A stretch of DNA of 64,000 nt from Polyangiaceae bacterium. GTDB taxonomy: Bacteria > Myxococcota_A > Polyangia > Polyangiales > Polyangiaceae. Of the stretch, positions 50,659 through 61,507 are shown one piece after another (positions within the stretch are counted from its first letter, which is position 1; the number at the start of each line of letters is the position of its first letter). Made by a program: the position numbers and the translations under genes. Location of the stretch: positions 32,001-96,000 of the forward strand of contig JAPSGB010000004.1 in NCBI GenBank assembly GCA_035063585.1. Reading direction: 5' to 3'. The notes beneath the pieces were generated by a model. The model did not search any database. It had not been told where the DNA came from and was given only the letters and a program-made list of their open reading frames with translations.

Positions 50659-52056
50659 ATGACGGAGCCGTGGGAAGAGCCAGAGTATCATCGGAGCGGC
50701 TCGGCGCTCGTGTTTCCGCGCGACGAGGGCTGGCATCGCCTGATCCCGCGCGTGCCGGGCAACATAGCCAACCCCTCGCTCAGCGAGATGGAATGGGTGT
50801 ACGTGAACGCGCACGTCGTGGAGCAAGGCGGCGCCGGGCGGCGGTTCGTGGTCTTCGCCGCATGGTTCACCCAGTACCTGCGCTTCCTCGTGGTGCGGGC
50901 CTGGGATAGCGGTGACCGCTACCTCGGGGCCTGGACCGGGACCGCCTGGGGCATGCTGCGCGCGTCGCCGGAGCAGCTCGATCTCGAGTTCTCCCACGGC
51001 GGCGGCACCGACACCTGGAAGACGATTGCTCCGTTCTCTACCCGGCTCCACGCGGTCGATGACGCGAAAGAGTTCACCGTCGATCTCGACTTGAAAAATA
51101 CCAAGCGGCCCTACGAGGCCGGAGGCACCGGATACTTGCCGTTCGGCAAGCACGGCTCGTTCTACTACTACTCGCTCACTCGACTCGCGGTCACCGGAAC
51201 GCTCGAGCTCTCGAAGCCGGGCGGCGGGACCGAGAGCGTCTCGGTGAAGGGGTTCGGCTGGTACGACCACCAGTGGGGGCCCTTCTTCGTGACCCCGTTC
51301 CGTACCAAGAGCCTCGAAGAGTACGAGTGGATGAGCGTCCAGCTCGATTCGGGCGACGAGCTCCTCCTCACCACGGTGTGGGATCCCGGAGGCATCACGC
51401 CGAGCCTCGCCGCTTACGGAGGCGCGGGGCTCATCCGAAAGAACAACACCTTCGACAAGCTCATCGGCGCGCATCGCTGGAAGCGCACCAAGTTCTGGCG
51501 CTCACCCGACCAACACCAAGTCTACGCAGCCGGCTGGACGTTCGATGCGCCCGAGTGGAACACCTCGCTGGTCATGACGCCGCGCTACCCCGATCAGCTC
51601 ACGCCAATCCTCGACAAGCCCCCCGCGAATCTGGTCGGCAGCGTCACGCGGCTCTTCGAGGGGTGGACGAACTGGCTCGGCAGCTTCTGGGAAGGGAGCT
51701 GCGCGGTGACCGGCACTTTCGACGGCGCGCCGGTCACCGGCGTCGCCTTCGCCGAGCTGGTCAAGCGCTATGAAGACCCGGAATTCCGAGTGGAGATCAT
51801 CAAGAACGAGGCGGAGCTCACCGTGCTCGAGTGGAAGGTGAGAAATCCCGACGATCAGGTGCGACTGAAGTCGCGCTTCTTCCTCGAGCGGTTCGACGGC
51901 ACTCCTCTCGTCGACCAGCCGGATCTCGATGTGCCGGTGATGATCCTCGACGACCCGGCGCTCCCCAAAGGTCAGCCGCTGGTCGCGCGCGTGGTGGTCA
52001 CCTCTCTCGACGGCTCGCTCAGCGGGACCGGCACGACGGTAGTGACCCTCCGCTGA
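50659..52056 (+). CDS. CrtC/AttH-like lipocalin-domain protein
   Basis: DEGWH, EWVY, YYYSLTRL, GWYDHQWG, YEWMSVQL, FWEG, AFAEL. Confidence 0.8.
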   Translation: MTEPWEEPEYHRSGSALVFPRDEGWHRLIPRVPGNIANPSLSEMEWVYVNAHVVEQGGAGRRFVVFAAWFTQYLRFLVVRAWDSGDRYLGAWTGTAWGMLRASPEQLDLEFSHGGGTDTWKTIAPFSTRLHAVDDAKEFTVDLDLKNTKRPYEAGGTGYLPFGKHGSFYYYSLTRLAVTGTLELSKPGGGTESVSVKGFGWYDHQWGPFFVTPFRTKSLEEYEWMSVQLDSGDELLLTTVWDPGGITPSLAAYGGAGLIRKNNTFDKLIGAHRWKRTKFWRSPDQHQVYAAGWTFDAPEWNTSLVMTPRYPDQLTPILDKPPANLVGSVTRLFEGWTNWLGSFWEGSCAVTGTFDGAPVTGVAFAELVKRYEDPEFRVEIIKNEAELTVLEWKVRNPDDQVRLKSRFFLERFDGTPLVDQPDLDVPVMILDDPALPKGQPLVARVVVTSLDGSLSGTGTTVVTLR

Positions 52057-52063
52057 CCGGCGC

Positions 52064-52888
52064 TCAGCCAAGGCTCGCGAGCCCGGCGAGCCCGCCCATG
52101 GTGGCGACCCACGCGAGCGTGGCGAGCCAGACGATCCCGAGCGTGAGCCGCACGCGGTTCCAGTAGCGAGGGATGTCGTCGCCAGGAGGGAGCAGCGCGG
52201 CCACCAGCACGCCGATGCCGAGGAAGCGGTGCAGCACGCCGATCGCGTAGAGAGCGGCGAGCACCATGGCGACGCGTGAGGCGAGGAGGCAGCGACGCGC
52301 GCCGAGCGTCACCCCGGTCGTCACGATCCCAGCCGCACGATCCTCGTCGCTGTCGCGCGCGACCTGTATGAGCTCGAAGGCCGCCGAGAAGAGCGCCAGC
52401 TCTCCGAGGAGCCAGAGCCCGGTCGAATTACCGAGTGGCACGCCGGCGAGCGGCATGGTCGCCCCCCAGAGCGCCATCGCGAGGACGTCGAAGTACGCGG
52501 TGCGCTTCAGCTTCGCCGAGTAGAGCCAGCAGAGGCCCGCGCCGCCGACGAGCGCGAAGAGCAGCCCGAGGTCGTGGACGAGCGCGATGGCGGCGAGCAT
52601 CACGGCGAGCCCGAGCTGCGCGCCGAGCGCGGCCGGCCGGTGCTCGGCAAGGAAGCGCGTCTTCTTCTGGTCGCGACCCCCGGCGAGATCACGCTCGACG
52701 TCGTAGTAGTCGTTGGTGAGATAAGCGAGCAGGTTGAGGAGCAACGCGAACGCCGAGCGAACGCCGACCTCTACCCAGGGCAGCCGGAGCGCGAGCATGA
52801 TCGCCACCGCGGCGATCAGGTTCGCCATCTCCAGCCTGCGAAGCCGGTAGACGAGGACGTCCGTCAGGATCTTGAGGGCGGCGAACAT
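52064..52888 (-). CDS. UbiA-family prenyltransferase
   Basis: NDYYDVERD, YSAKLK, RDSDEDR; multi-TM. Confidence 0.82.
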   Translation of the reverse strand: MFAALKILTDVLVYRLRRLEMANLIAAVAIMLALRLPWVEVGVRSAFALLLNLLAYLTNDYYDVERDLAGGRDQKKTRFLAEHRPAALGAQLGLAVMLAAIALVHDLGLLFALVGGAGLCWLYSAKLKRTAYFDVLAMALWGATMPLAGVPLGNSTGLWLLGELALFSAAFELIQVARDSDEDRAAGIVTTGVTLGARRCLLASRVAMVLAALYAIGVLHRFLGIGVLVAALLPPGDDIPRYWNRVRLTLGIVWLATLAWVATMGGLAGLASLG

Positions 52889-52959
52889 TCGGCGATGAAG
52901 CCCGTCGAGCCGGAGGCACGTCGCCCGGCGCCGCTCGAGGCTAGCATCATCTCAGCGGC

Positions 52960-54384
52960 TCAGGCGCTCGCGACCACGGGCGGGACCCGCTCGATCCAGG
53001 GGCGCGACGCCTCGAGCTCCGCCGCCAGGCGAAATAGGGTCGCCTCCTCGCCGTAGCGCGCGGCAAAGTGCGCTCCGACGGGCAGCCCCGCGGCGTTCCA
53101 GTAGAGAGGGACGCTCATCGCCGGGTCGCCGGTGACGTTCTGGATCGGCGTGAAGGGCGAGAAGGCGCCCGAACGCAGGAGCGGAGCGAGCGGTGAGTCC
53201 GGTGGTGCGTCGAAGCTGCCGAGGGGCGGCGGCGGTTCAGCCAGAGTCGGCGTGAGCCAGACGTCGTAGTCCGCCATGAAGCGCGCGACCTCACGAGCGA
53301 TGCGCTGAAGAAATGTAGTCGACATGAGATACGCCGCGGCCGAGTGCTTTCGGCCGAGCTCGGCCAGGGCGAAGCTGAGCGGTTCCACGTTGTCCCGGGT
53401 GGCGGCCACGCCGCCGAGCATCCCGAGCCCGTCGAGGGTCGCGGTCGCCCCGGCCGCCCACGGCACCATGAACGCCTGCATCAACAGATCACCGGAGATG
53501 GGCGGCTCGCGCTCCTCGACGTGATGACCGAGCGACTCGCAGAGCCGCGCCGCGTCGCGGGCGGCCGCCACGCAGTCCTCGTGCACCGGCACGCCGGTCG
53601 CGGCGCGGGTGGAGAGCGCGATGCGGAGCCTACCCGGCGCAGTGCGCGCCTCCTCGACGTATGGGCGGACCGGCCGAGGCGCGAAATAGGGGTCGCCCGG
53701 CATCGGGCCCTCGGTCACATCGAGGATCGCGGCGCTGTCGCGCACCGAGAGCGTGACGGCGTGCTCGACCACGAAGCCGCCCATCACGTCTCCGAGATCC
53801 GGTCCGAGCGTGATCCGACCGCGAGTCGGCTTGAGGCCGAAGAGCCCACAGCAAGAGGCCGGGATCCGGATCGAGCCGCCGCCGTCGTTGGCGTGGGCGG
53901 CAGGCACGATGCGAGCCGCGACCGCCGCGGATGAGCCACCGCTCGAGCCGCCCACCGAGTGGCCCAGGTTCCACGGGTTCTTGGTCGCCCCGAAGAGCAC
54001 GGGCTCGGTGGTCGGCAGGAACCCGAATTCCGGCGTGTTGGTCTTGCCGACGAAGATGAAACCCGCGCGCCGGAGCCGCCGCACGAGCTCGCTGTCGTGA
54101 TCGGGGACGTAATCCTTCAGCATGCGCGACCCGCTGGTCATCGGGACCCCCGCGCACGCGGCGAGGATGTCCTTCACGAGGTAAGGGACGCCGCGAAACG
54201 GCCCGTCCGGTATCGCGCCGCGCGCGGCGTCGCGCGCCTGCTCGAAGAGCGGGAGGATCACCGCGTTGAGCGCGGGGTTCACCTGTTCGATCCGGCGGAT
54301 GGCGTCGTCGACGAGCTCGAGGGGCGAGGCCTGCTTCGTCTTCACCAGCTCGGCGAGAGCGGTCGCGTCATGATAATCGGGCAT
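52960..54384 (-). CDS. Amidase-signature family enzyme
   Basis: [30 protein letters not shown]. Confidence 0.93.
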   Translation of the reverse strand: MPDYHDATALAELVKTKQASPLELVDDAIRRIEQVNPALNAVILPLFEQARDAARGAIPDGPFRGVPYLVKDILAACAGVPMTSGSRMLKDYVPDHDSELVRRLRRAGFIFVGKTNTPEFGFLPTTEPVLFGATKNPWNLGHSVGGSSGGSSAAVAARIVPAAHANDGGGSIRIPASCCGLFGLKPTRGRITLGPDLGDVMGGFVVEHAVTLSVRDSAAILDVTEGPMPGDPYFAPRPVRPYVEEARTAPGRLRIALSTRAATGVPVHEDCVAAARDAARLCESLGHHVEEREPPISGDLLMQAFMVPWAAGATATLDGLGMLGGVAATRDNVEPLSFALAELGRKHSAAAYLMSTTFLQRIAREVARFMADYDVWLTPTLAEPPPPLGSFDAPPDSPLAPLLRSGAFSPFTPIQNVTGDPAMSVPLYWNAAGLPVGAHFAARYGEEATLFRLAAELEASRPWIERVPPVVASA

Positions 54385-54507
54385 GCAGGGTAGTCTCACG
54401 CCGCCGCGCCTCGCTTGGGAAGCGGAAACGCGCCGCCGGCCGCGCCGGACCGCCATCCCCTCACGGCGCTTGCCTCGTGGCAGAGGCCAAAGGAGAGTCG
54501 AGCGCCG

Positions 54508-56010
54508 GTGTCCCCGCTAGCCTCACGCCTGCTGCGCACGCGCTCGCTCGACGCGCTGGTGGACGAGGCGAGCCAGAGCGAGCACGCGCTCCGGCGCACG
54601 CTCGGCCCGTGGAACGTGATCGCGCTCGGGATCGGCGCGATCATCGGCGCAGGCATCTTCGCCACCATCGGGACGGCCGCTGCCGGCGACGCAGAGCGGC
54701 CGGGCGCGGGCCCGGCGCTGCTCGTGTCATTCCTGCTCACCGCGCTCGTGTGCGGCTTCACCGCGCTCTGCTACGCGGAGCTCGCCAGCATGGTGCCGAC
54801 CGCCGGCTCGGCGTACACCTACGCATACACCACGCTCGGCGAGCTCATCGCGTGGATCATCGGGTGGGATCTCATCCTCGAGTACGCGATCGGCAACGTA
54901 GCCGTCGCGATCTCGTGGGCGAATTACATGAACACGCTGCTCGATGGGCTCGGCCTGTCGCTCCCGACCTGGCTCACCGTCGATTACCGGACGGCCGCGC
55001 AGAAGATGCCGGAGGTCATCGCCGGCGCGCCCGACCTCTTTGGCGTGCCGATCGTCTTCAACGTGCTGGCGCTCGGCATCGTGTTCGCGCTCACCTTGGT
55101 GCTCGTGGTCGGAGTGCGCGAGAGCGCGCGTTTCAACCTCGCGATGGTGCTCGTGAAGCTCATCGTGCTCGGGTTCTTCGTGGTGGTCGGCGCGACCTAC
55201 GTGAAGCCGGACAACTTCCGCCCCTTCGCGCCCAACGGGCTCGCCGGGATCGGCGCGGGCGCGGCCGTGGTGTTCTTTGCCTACATCGGCTTCGACGCGG
55301 TCAGCACCACCGCCGAAGAGGTGAAGAACCCGCGCCGCAACCTGCCCATCGGCATCATCGGCTCGCTCGTGGTGTGCACGCTCATCTACCTGGTGGTGGC
55401 GGCCGTGTTCACCGGGATCATCCCCTACCGCGCGCTCACCGAGCTCTCCGCGAGCCAGCAGGCCGAGCCGCTCACCATGGCGATGAAGTACGCGAGCATG
55501 CCGAGTTGGATGGTGGGACTGGTCGCGTTCGGCTCGGTTGTCGCGCACACCGCCGTGCTGCTCGTGTTCCAGCTCGGACAGCCGCGGATCTTGTTCGCCA
55601 TGAGCCGGGATGGCCTGCTCCCACGGGCCATGGCGCGCGTGCATCCGCGCTACCGCACCCCGCACGTGGCGACCATCGTCACCGGGCTCCTGGTCGGCGG
55701 GGTAGCCGCGGTCGCCAACATCGACGAGATGGTGGATCTCACCAACATCGGCACGCTCTCCGCGTTCATTCTCGTGTGCATCGGCGTCACGGTGCTCCGC
55801 CTCCGCGAACCGGAGCGCGAGCGCGCGTTCCGGGTGCCCTTCGGCCCTTGGCTCGTGCCCGGGCTCGGGGTGCTCTCTTCGGGGTTTCTCATCGTGTATC
55901 TCCCGCCGACCTCATGGGCGCGCTTCTTCGCCTGGCTCGCGGCCGGGATCGTGCTCTACGCCGCCTACGGCTATCGTCACTCGCGGCTCGGGAGCGTGAC
56001 GCGCCAATAA
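54508..56010 (+). CDS. APC-family amino acid permease
   Basis: [35 protein letters not shown]. Confidence 0.95.
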   Translation: MSPLASRLLRTRSLDALVDEASQSEHALRRTLGPWNVIALGIGAIIGAGIFATIGTAAAGDAERPGAGPALLVSFLLTALVCGFTALCYAELASMVPTAGSAYTYAYTTLGELIAWIIGWDLILEYAIGNVAVAISWANYMNTLLDGLGLSLPTWLTVDYRTAAQKMPEVIAGAPDLFGVPIVFNVLALGIVFALTLVLVVGVRESARFNLAMVLVKLIVLGFFVVVGATYVKPDNFRPFAPNGLAGIGAGAAVVFFAYIGFDAVSTTAEEVKNPRRNLPIGIIGSLVVCTLIYLVVAAVFTGIIPYRALTELSASQQAEPLTMAMKYASMPSWMVGLVAFGSVVAHTAVLLVFQLGQPRILFAMSRDGLLPRAMARVHPRYRTPHVATIVTGLLVGGVAAVANIDEMVDLTNIGTLSAFILVCIGVTVLRLREPERERAFRVPFGPWLVPGLGVLSSGFLIVYLPPTSWARFFAWLAAGIVLYAAYGYRHSRLGSVTRQ

Positions 56011-56104
56011 TCCCCATGGAAATGGCGTGGCCGCTCCGCCGTAGGGCGGCGGGACCGAGCGCTGCCCTTGACCGCTCCGCGGAGGCCGAGCAGCATCCGG
56101 GGCC

Positions 56105-57718
56105 GTGGCAAAGCGCAAGGTCTTGATTCTGGGTGGCGGGCTCTCGGCGCTCTCGACGGGGATTCACCTGCTCCAAGAGGGGGGAGCCGCGAAGTTCGAC
56201 GTGACGGTGCTCACCATGGAGCACCGCTTGGGCGGCAAAGCGGCGAGCTGGCGACTACCCGACGGTCGCTACATGGAAATCGGATTCCACGCGGTGTTCG
56301 GCTACTACAAGGCGCTCCAGACGCTGCTCGCGCGCGGCGGACACCCGGTGACCGATCCACGGTACTTCACCGACAACGAGGGCGTTCACCTCATGTACGA
56401 GGCGAGCGCGCGCGCGGTAAACCGCCTCGATATCCCGCAAGGGCCGCTCGACGTCGCGGCGTTCTTCCACAACGGGTTCATCGGCTATCGAGGCATGAGC
56501 TTCACGGAGAAGCTGGAGGCGGCCCGATGGTTCGCCACTACCGGGGTGCGGCTCCTCACCCAAAAGGTCGACGAGGCGCTCGACGAGCACGCCTTCACCG
56601 CGTATGCGGTCAGCACGGGGCTCGCGCTCGGGCTCACCCAGAAGAGCTGGTTCCGCTATGTGCTCGATCTTGCCTTCAACTTCCCGAACGAGGGCTCGGC
56701 CTACGTCGGCATGTACGGGTTTCAGCGCCTCATGGGCGTCGACAGCAGCACGGTCCACTACGTAAATGGTCCGCTGAGCGAGGTCATCGTCGCGCCGATC
56801 GCCAAGCTCTTCGTCGATCTCGGCGGCAAGATCGAGTTCTGCACCAAGGCCACCCGCATCGAGCTCGACGCGGCCGCGCGAACGGTGAAGAAGCTCTTCA
56901 CGCAGGCCACCGCGACGCCGGTTCCCATCCCCGGGGTCGTGGATCACGTCGAGGCGTCTCCCATCGGTGGCAGCTACTCGCTCGCGGACGCTCCTTATCC
57001 GACCGGGGACCCCGCGCCCGCGGTGGGCGCGCCCGAGGTGGAGCGCAGCCTGGGCGTGGATTTCGACGAGCTCGTCTGCACGCTCCCGGTGGACAGCACG
57101 CGCGCGCTGCTCACCACCACCTCGAATCCGCGCGAGGCCGTCCTCGAGGTACCCGAGCTCCGCCGGATCTGGGGGCTCCGCAGCGTCGCGTCGCTCTCGC
57201 TGCGCGTCTGGCTCCCCCAGAAATGTATGCCGTCGGACTACACCACGGTAGTGATGGGCACGCCGCAGCCCGCGGCGACCATCATCGATTATACGAACCG
57301 TGTGAGCGAGCTCACCACCAGCACGTGGGGCTCGGTGGTCGAGTTCGAAGGTCAGGAAGGGCTCCACGCGGGCCTCGACGACGCCGTGATCGTCCGCGAG
57401 CTGCTCGAGAGCTTCGTCGCCCTGCCGTTCGTGGACAGGACCAAGGTCGACATCGCCCACGTCATGGCAAACTCGAACGGCTGCCACCACGATTTCAGGC
57501 GCAACACCGCCCATCACCTCCGCTATCTCCTGATGGAGCCGGGGCACTGGAGACACCGCCCCTCGCAGTCCGACACCGGCTATCGGAACCTCGTCTTCGC
57601 AGGCGACTGGATGCAGGGCACCCAGCCCACCGCGAGCATGGAAGCCGCGGTCCGCACGGGCCGCGTGGCGGCCGATCTCTTGCGTGATCGCGAGGGGCTG
57701 CCGGCCGCGATCGAGTGA
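56105..57718 (+). CDS. FAD-dependent oxidoreductase, carotene-desaturase/HpnE-like
   Basis: LGGGLSAL, LGGKAASW...EIGFHAVFGYY, FAGDW...SMEAAVRTG. Confidence 0.8.
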   Translation: MAKRKVLILGGGLSALSTGIHLLQEGGAAKFDVTVLTMEHRLGGKAASWRLPDGRYMEIGFHAVFGYYKALQTLLARGGHPVTDPRYFTDNEGVHLMYEASARAVNRLDIPQGPLDVAAFFHNGFIGYRGMSFTEKLEAARWFATTGVRLLTQKVDEALDEHAFTAYAVSTGLALGLTQKSWFRYVLDLAFNFPNEGSAYVGMYGFQRLMGVDSSTVHYVNGPLSEVIVAPIAKLFVDLGGKIEFCTKATRIELDAAARTVKKLFTQATATPVPIPGVVDHVEASPIGGSYSLADAPYPTGDPAPAVGAPEVERSLGVDFDELVCTLPVDSTRALLTTTSNPREAVLEVPELRRIWGLRSVASLSLRVWLPQKCMPSDYTTVVMGTPQPAATIIDYTNRVSELTTSTWGSVVEFEGQEGLHAGLDDAVIVRELLESFVALPFVDRTKVDIAHVMANSNGCHHDFRRNTAHHLRYLLMEPGHWRHRPSQSDTGYRNLVFAGDWMQGTQPTASMEAAVRTGRVAADLLRDREGLPAAIE

Positions 57719-57771
57719 GCGCACCGCCCCCCTGGGCGCTCGAGGACGTACCCGCCGACTCGGTTCTCGTG

Positions 57772-57790
57772 GTCGGCCCGGCGCGGAACC
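57772..57790 (-). repeat. Dispersed REP-like repeat copy (variant)
   Basis: GGTTCCGCGCCGGGCCGAC on the minus strand, between convergent genes. Confidence 0.65.
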
Positions 57791-57805
57791 ACCCGGTGCG
57801 GTCGC

Positions 57806-58363
57806 TCAGCGCGAGACCCAGCTCACCCGGAAACGCCACCGGCGCGACGAGAGCTGCTGGTAGGTCGTCTTGAACGGGGTGCGGCCGAGCATGGCGATGA
57901 TGGTGTCGGCCCAGCCGGCCATGAGCTCGATGAGGCCATCGGGCAGATCCGGGTCGTCGAGCTCGCCGATGAGGTGGTCCTCCGCCTCCTCGACTACGAA
58001 GAACTGACCGATGGTGCTCTGCCGCGACCACACGCTCGACGCACGATTGAACACCATGGCAGGCGTCGCGAACTTGAGGAACATCCGGTACACGAGGTGC
58101 ACCTGATAGCGAGCCGCCATCCCGCCGAGCTCACGGAGTTCGTTGGTATCCCCGTTGGTCGCTTGCTTGAAGGCTCGGAGGAGCTCATGCATGTGCACGC
58201 GCGGGTACCAGTTGTTGGCGAAGATCGGCTCCGAGAAGAACTGCCGAGACGCCGGCGACAGCTTCGCTTCGACGGCGGCCCATAAGGCGCTCCGATCGCG
58301 CTGTAGCGGCGTGACATACGAGAGGTATGACATGCCCTTCACTTGGGCGTTGGCGTCAGGCAC
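57806..58363 (-). CDS. Hypothetical protein, VKG...WYP family (paralogue of 33939-34505)
   Basis: VKGMSY...FFSEPIFANNWYP...FLKFATP. Confidence 0.75.
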   Translation of the reverse strand: MPDANAQVKGMSYLSYVTPLQRDRSALWAAVEAKLSPASRQFFSEPIFANNWYPRVHMHELLRAFKQATNGDTNELRELGGMAARYQVHLVYRMFLKFATPAMVFNRASSVWSRQSTIGQFFVVEEAEDHLIGELDDPDLPDGLIELMAGWADTIIAMLGRTPFKTTYQQLSSRRWRFRVSWVSR

Positions 58364-58376
58364 GGCGCACGGGTTC

Positions 58377-59258
58377 TTATTCTACAGGCTCCGCGCCCTT
58401 TTCGGTCCATCTATAGAAGCCGAGCCCAACTTTCTTCCCGAGCCGACCGGCGCGAACCAGCTGACGCAGGATGACGGGCGGGCGGAACTGCTCGCCGACT
58501 TCCCTCTGGAGGTGCTCGAGGATCGCGAGCCGCACGTCCAGGCCGACCAGGTCGGTGAGCTTGAGCGGCCCCATCGGGTGGCGGTATCCGAGCTCCATGG
58601 CCCGATCGATGTCGCTGGCGGAGGCGACCCCCGCCTCGAGCATCCGCATCGCCTCCGCTCCCAGCGCGACCCCGAGGCGGCTCGAGGCGAACCCCGGGAC
58701 GTCGCGGACCACGATGGGCTCCTTCCCGATGAGCGCGGCGAACGCGAGCGCGCGAGTCACGCTCTCCTCGCTCGTCCCGAGCCCCCTCACGATCTCGAGC
58801 AGGGGCATCACCGGGGGCGGGTTGAAGAAGTGCAATCCGATGGTGCGGCCGGGCGCTCCGATGCGGTGGCCGAGCTCCGTGAGCGACAGGCTCGAGGTGT
58901 TCGACGCGAGGAGCGCCTGCTCGGGAGCGTGCGCGAGCACCGTCTGGAAGAGCTCGACCTTGACGCTCATGGATTCTGGCGCCGCCTCGATGACGAGCTC
59001 GGCGCCGGACACGGCCCGCGCGAGGTCTGGTTCGTCGGTGATGCGCGCGAGGAGGGCGTCGCGCTCCGGCGCGGCGAGCTTGCCCTTGGCGACCCGCTTC
59101 TCGAGCTCGGCGCCCACTGCGACGCGCGCCGCCCGGAGCTGGGGCTCGGACACGTCGAAGAGCCGCGCGGCGAGCCCGTGTGCTGCGGCGACCTGCGCGA
59201 TACCGCGCCCCATCGTGCCGGCGCCGAGGACCGCGACCGTCTTCACCTCACCCGTCAT
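58377..59258 (-). CDS. 3-hydroxyacyl-CoA dehydrogenase
   Basis: GAGTMGRG, IEAAPE, SNTSSL, HFFNP, HPMGP, GKKVGLGFY. Confidence 0.95.
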   Translation of the reverse strand: MTGEVKTVAVLGAGTMGRGIAQVAAAHGLAARLFDVSEPQLRAARVAVGAELEKRVAKGKLAAPERDALLARITDEPDLARAVSGAELVIEAAPESMSVKVELFQTVLAHAPEQALLASNTSSLSLTELGHRIGAPGRTIGLHFFNPPPVMPLLEIVRGLGTSEESVTRALAFAALIGKEPIVVRDVPGFASSRLGVALGAEAMRMLEAGVASASDIDRAMELGYRHPMGPLKLTDLVGLDVRLAILEHLQREVGEQFRPPVILRQLVRAGRLGKKVGLGFYRWTEKGAEPVE

Positions 59259-59301
59259 GGCCAACACCTAGGGTGCCGCTCGCGCCGCGACAAGCGCCGC
59301 G

Positions 59302-60006
59302 TCACCGCTCGGCCGGGGCAAGCGGCTCACCGCAGGTGACGCACTTCCGGGGCGCGTGGTCCTTGTGATAGATTTGCGCGCAGTTTGGGCAGAGGCGAGC
59401 GTCCCGCTCGAGCGTGATGAGCTCCCCGCTGGCGGCGCACTCGCGACCGGCGACCTGGTAGTCGTCGATCGTCCGCACCTCGCCGTCCGTCGCGGCCGGC
59501 TTGGGTAGCCCCTCGACGACGCTCGTCTTCACGTCCATCGCGCGCGGGATACGCCGGGCGCCCTCAGAGAGGATCCAGGCCGCTGCGACCGGGTGCATGC
59601 GGAGCGGGACGGCCAGCGTCACGCCACTCGTGCCCTTGGCGACGAGCTGTCCCTGGTCGACGCCGATACGTTCGATGTCGCACCACGCGAGTCGGACGAT
59701 CTGGTCGCCCTTGTCCACCGCGAGCCCCACGTCACCGACTCGCACCGGGTGGGCCCCTGCGTCCCCGAACCAGAGCGCGACGCCGAGCCCGATCACGCCG
59801 GCGGTGACGATCCACCGCGCGTAAGAGTGCGGCGCGTCGCTCAGCCACTGATCATAGACTCCCGCGCCGAGCACCAGCGCCCCGAGCATACCGCCCCCCA
59901 CCGCGAGCACCGACGTCTGGGTCTGCTTCGGCAGGAAGCGGCGCTCCTTCCGCTCGAGCGGCGCCTTCTTCTTGCCCTTCTTCTTGCTCTTGGCGGGTTC
60001 GGCCAT
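59302..60006 (-). CDS. Two-TM membrane protein with a C-terminal Zn-finger (RING-like)
   Basis: C..S-x11-CPNC...YH..H-x4-CVTC; Lys-rich N-terminus. Confidence 0.75.
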   Translation of the reverse strand: MAEPAKSKKKGKKKAPLERKERRFLPKQTQTSVLAVGGGMLGALVLGAGVYDQWLSDAPHSYARWIVTAGVIGLGVALWFGDAGAHPVRVGDVGLAVDKGDQIVRLAWCDIERIGVDQGQLVAKGTSGVTLAVPLRMHPVAAAWILSEGARRIPRAMDVKTSVVEGLPKPAATDGEVRTIDDYQVAGRECAASGELITLERDARLCPNCAQIYHKDHAPRKCVTCGEPLAPAER

Positions 60007-60099
60007 GGGTTCGAGGGAGGGGAGCCTAGACCAAGCCGCAGGAATCGGCTACGCCCCCCTTGGGCCACGCCGCTTCGGCCAGAACGGCGGCATCGAGCC

Positions 60100-61446
60100 A
60101 TGAAGCCGTCGTTCTGGGACAAGCTCGGCGCTGCGCTCCTCCTCGCCTTGCCGGTCGTCACCGTGGCGGTGGTCGGCTACGCCGTGTTCGTGGCGGGGGC
60201 GACGCGCGCGGTGGTGGCCGCGCGCGTCTACGGCGGACCCACCGAAGGCGTGGAGGCGCTGAGCCTCCGCCTCGAGGTCGTGGAGGCTGGCGGCGGCCTC
60301 CTCGCGCGGGCGCCGCTCGAAGAGGTATCGGTGATCGCGCTCGCGGAGGGGCGGCAGGCACGCTGGTCCGGGCGCCTCGACGCGGACGGCATGGCGGCCG
60401 TCGCGCTGGCGCTCCCCTCGCCTTCGCTCGCGCCCATACAGGTCGAGGTGCGCGCGAGTCAGGCGAGCGAGCCGCTCGCGCGCGGGCGCGTCGCGCTCTC
60501 GCGGCGCGACTGGCTCTCCCAACTGCGCGAGCGCGGAGGGTGGCTCGCCGGCCAGCGCAGCGGCGCGCTCTCGATCATGGTCGCGCCCGGCCGCGGCGCC
60601 TTCGCGGTCTCCTTCGAGGATCCGCTGCTCGTCGAGGTACGCGACGCGCGCGGACCCGTGGCGAGCGCCGCGCTCGGCTTCGAGCCCGAGGGCTTGACCC
60701 TCGCGCCACGGCTCGACGTGCACACCGACGCGCAGGGGCGCGCCGTGGTCGGGCTCACACCGAAGGACTTCCACGTCGCGCTTCGCGTCTCCGCCGTCGC
60801 CGCCGATGGCCGTCGCGGCGAGTGGTACGCTTCCGTACCGGTAGTGGCGGGCGCCCTCCACGCGCGGGTGACGGGCGGGCGCGCGCTCGTCTCGTCGGCC
60901 ATCCCTCGCGAGCGCGCCTACTACGCGCTCATCACCGGGCGCGCACGCGTCACGGGTGGCGCGCTGGCGCTCAGCCCGACCGACTCGGGCGGCGCGCGCG
61001 GCGAGCTCGCGCTGCCCGCGCTTCCCCCGGGACCCGCGTGGCTCGAGCTCTCGAGCGAGCCCGGGCTCGAGTCGCTCGGCGCGGTCGGCTGGCCCCTCGA
61101 GGCGAGCTCCGGCGAGCCGCCGCGCTCGCGGCTAGTCCCCGATCGGCTCCTGCTCGACGGGCTCGTCGAGGCGAGCCTGCGCGATCGCGCGCGTCGCCGC
61201 CAGGCGCAGCTGTTCGCGGGGCTCTTCTCGCTCGGCGCGGTCATGCTGCTCGGCGCGGGCCTCACGCTCAGGGCGCTCCGGGCCCGCGCGCGGCTCGACG
61301 CCAGCCTCCGCGGGGCGGGACAGTCCACCCAAGAGGTGGAGCGTGCGATGGCGGGCGGCTTCGGCGCGACGCTCGCAGTCGCGATCCTGTGCGTCGCGCT
61401 CGGGCTCGCGGTGGTGGCGCTCATCGCCATGGTCAGGCTCTCGTGA
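60100..61446 (+). CDS. Hypothetical membrane protein (N-terminal TM, two C-terminal TMs)
   Basis: ATG 60100; hydrophobic segments; host-like codon usage. Confidence 0.7.
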   Translation: MKPSFWDKLGAALLLALPVVTVAVVGYAVFVAGATRAVVAARVYGGPTEGVEALSLRLEVVEAGGGLLARAPLEEVSVIALAEGRQARWSGRLDADGMAAVALALPSPSLAPIQVEVRASQASEPLARGRVALSRRDWLSQLRERGGWLAGQRSGALSIMVAPGRGAFAVSFEDPLLVEVRDARGPVASAALGFEPEGLTLAPRLDVHTDAQGRAVVGLTPKDFHVALRVSAVAADGRRGEWYASVPVVAGALHARVTGGRALVSSAIPRERAYYALITGRARVTGGALALSPTDSGGARGELALPALPPGPAWLELSSEPGLESLGAVGWPLEASSGEPPRSRLVPDRLLLDGLVEASLRDRARRRQAQLFAGLFSLGAVMLLGAGLTLRALRARARLDASLRGAGQSTQEVERAMAGGFGATLAVAILCVALGLAVVALIAMVRLS

Positions 61447-61507
61447 CGGCGGTCGGAGCGTGGGGGGCCGTTGCGAAACGCGCCGGCTCGACCTAGCGTG
61501 CCCGGGC

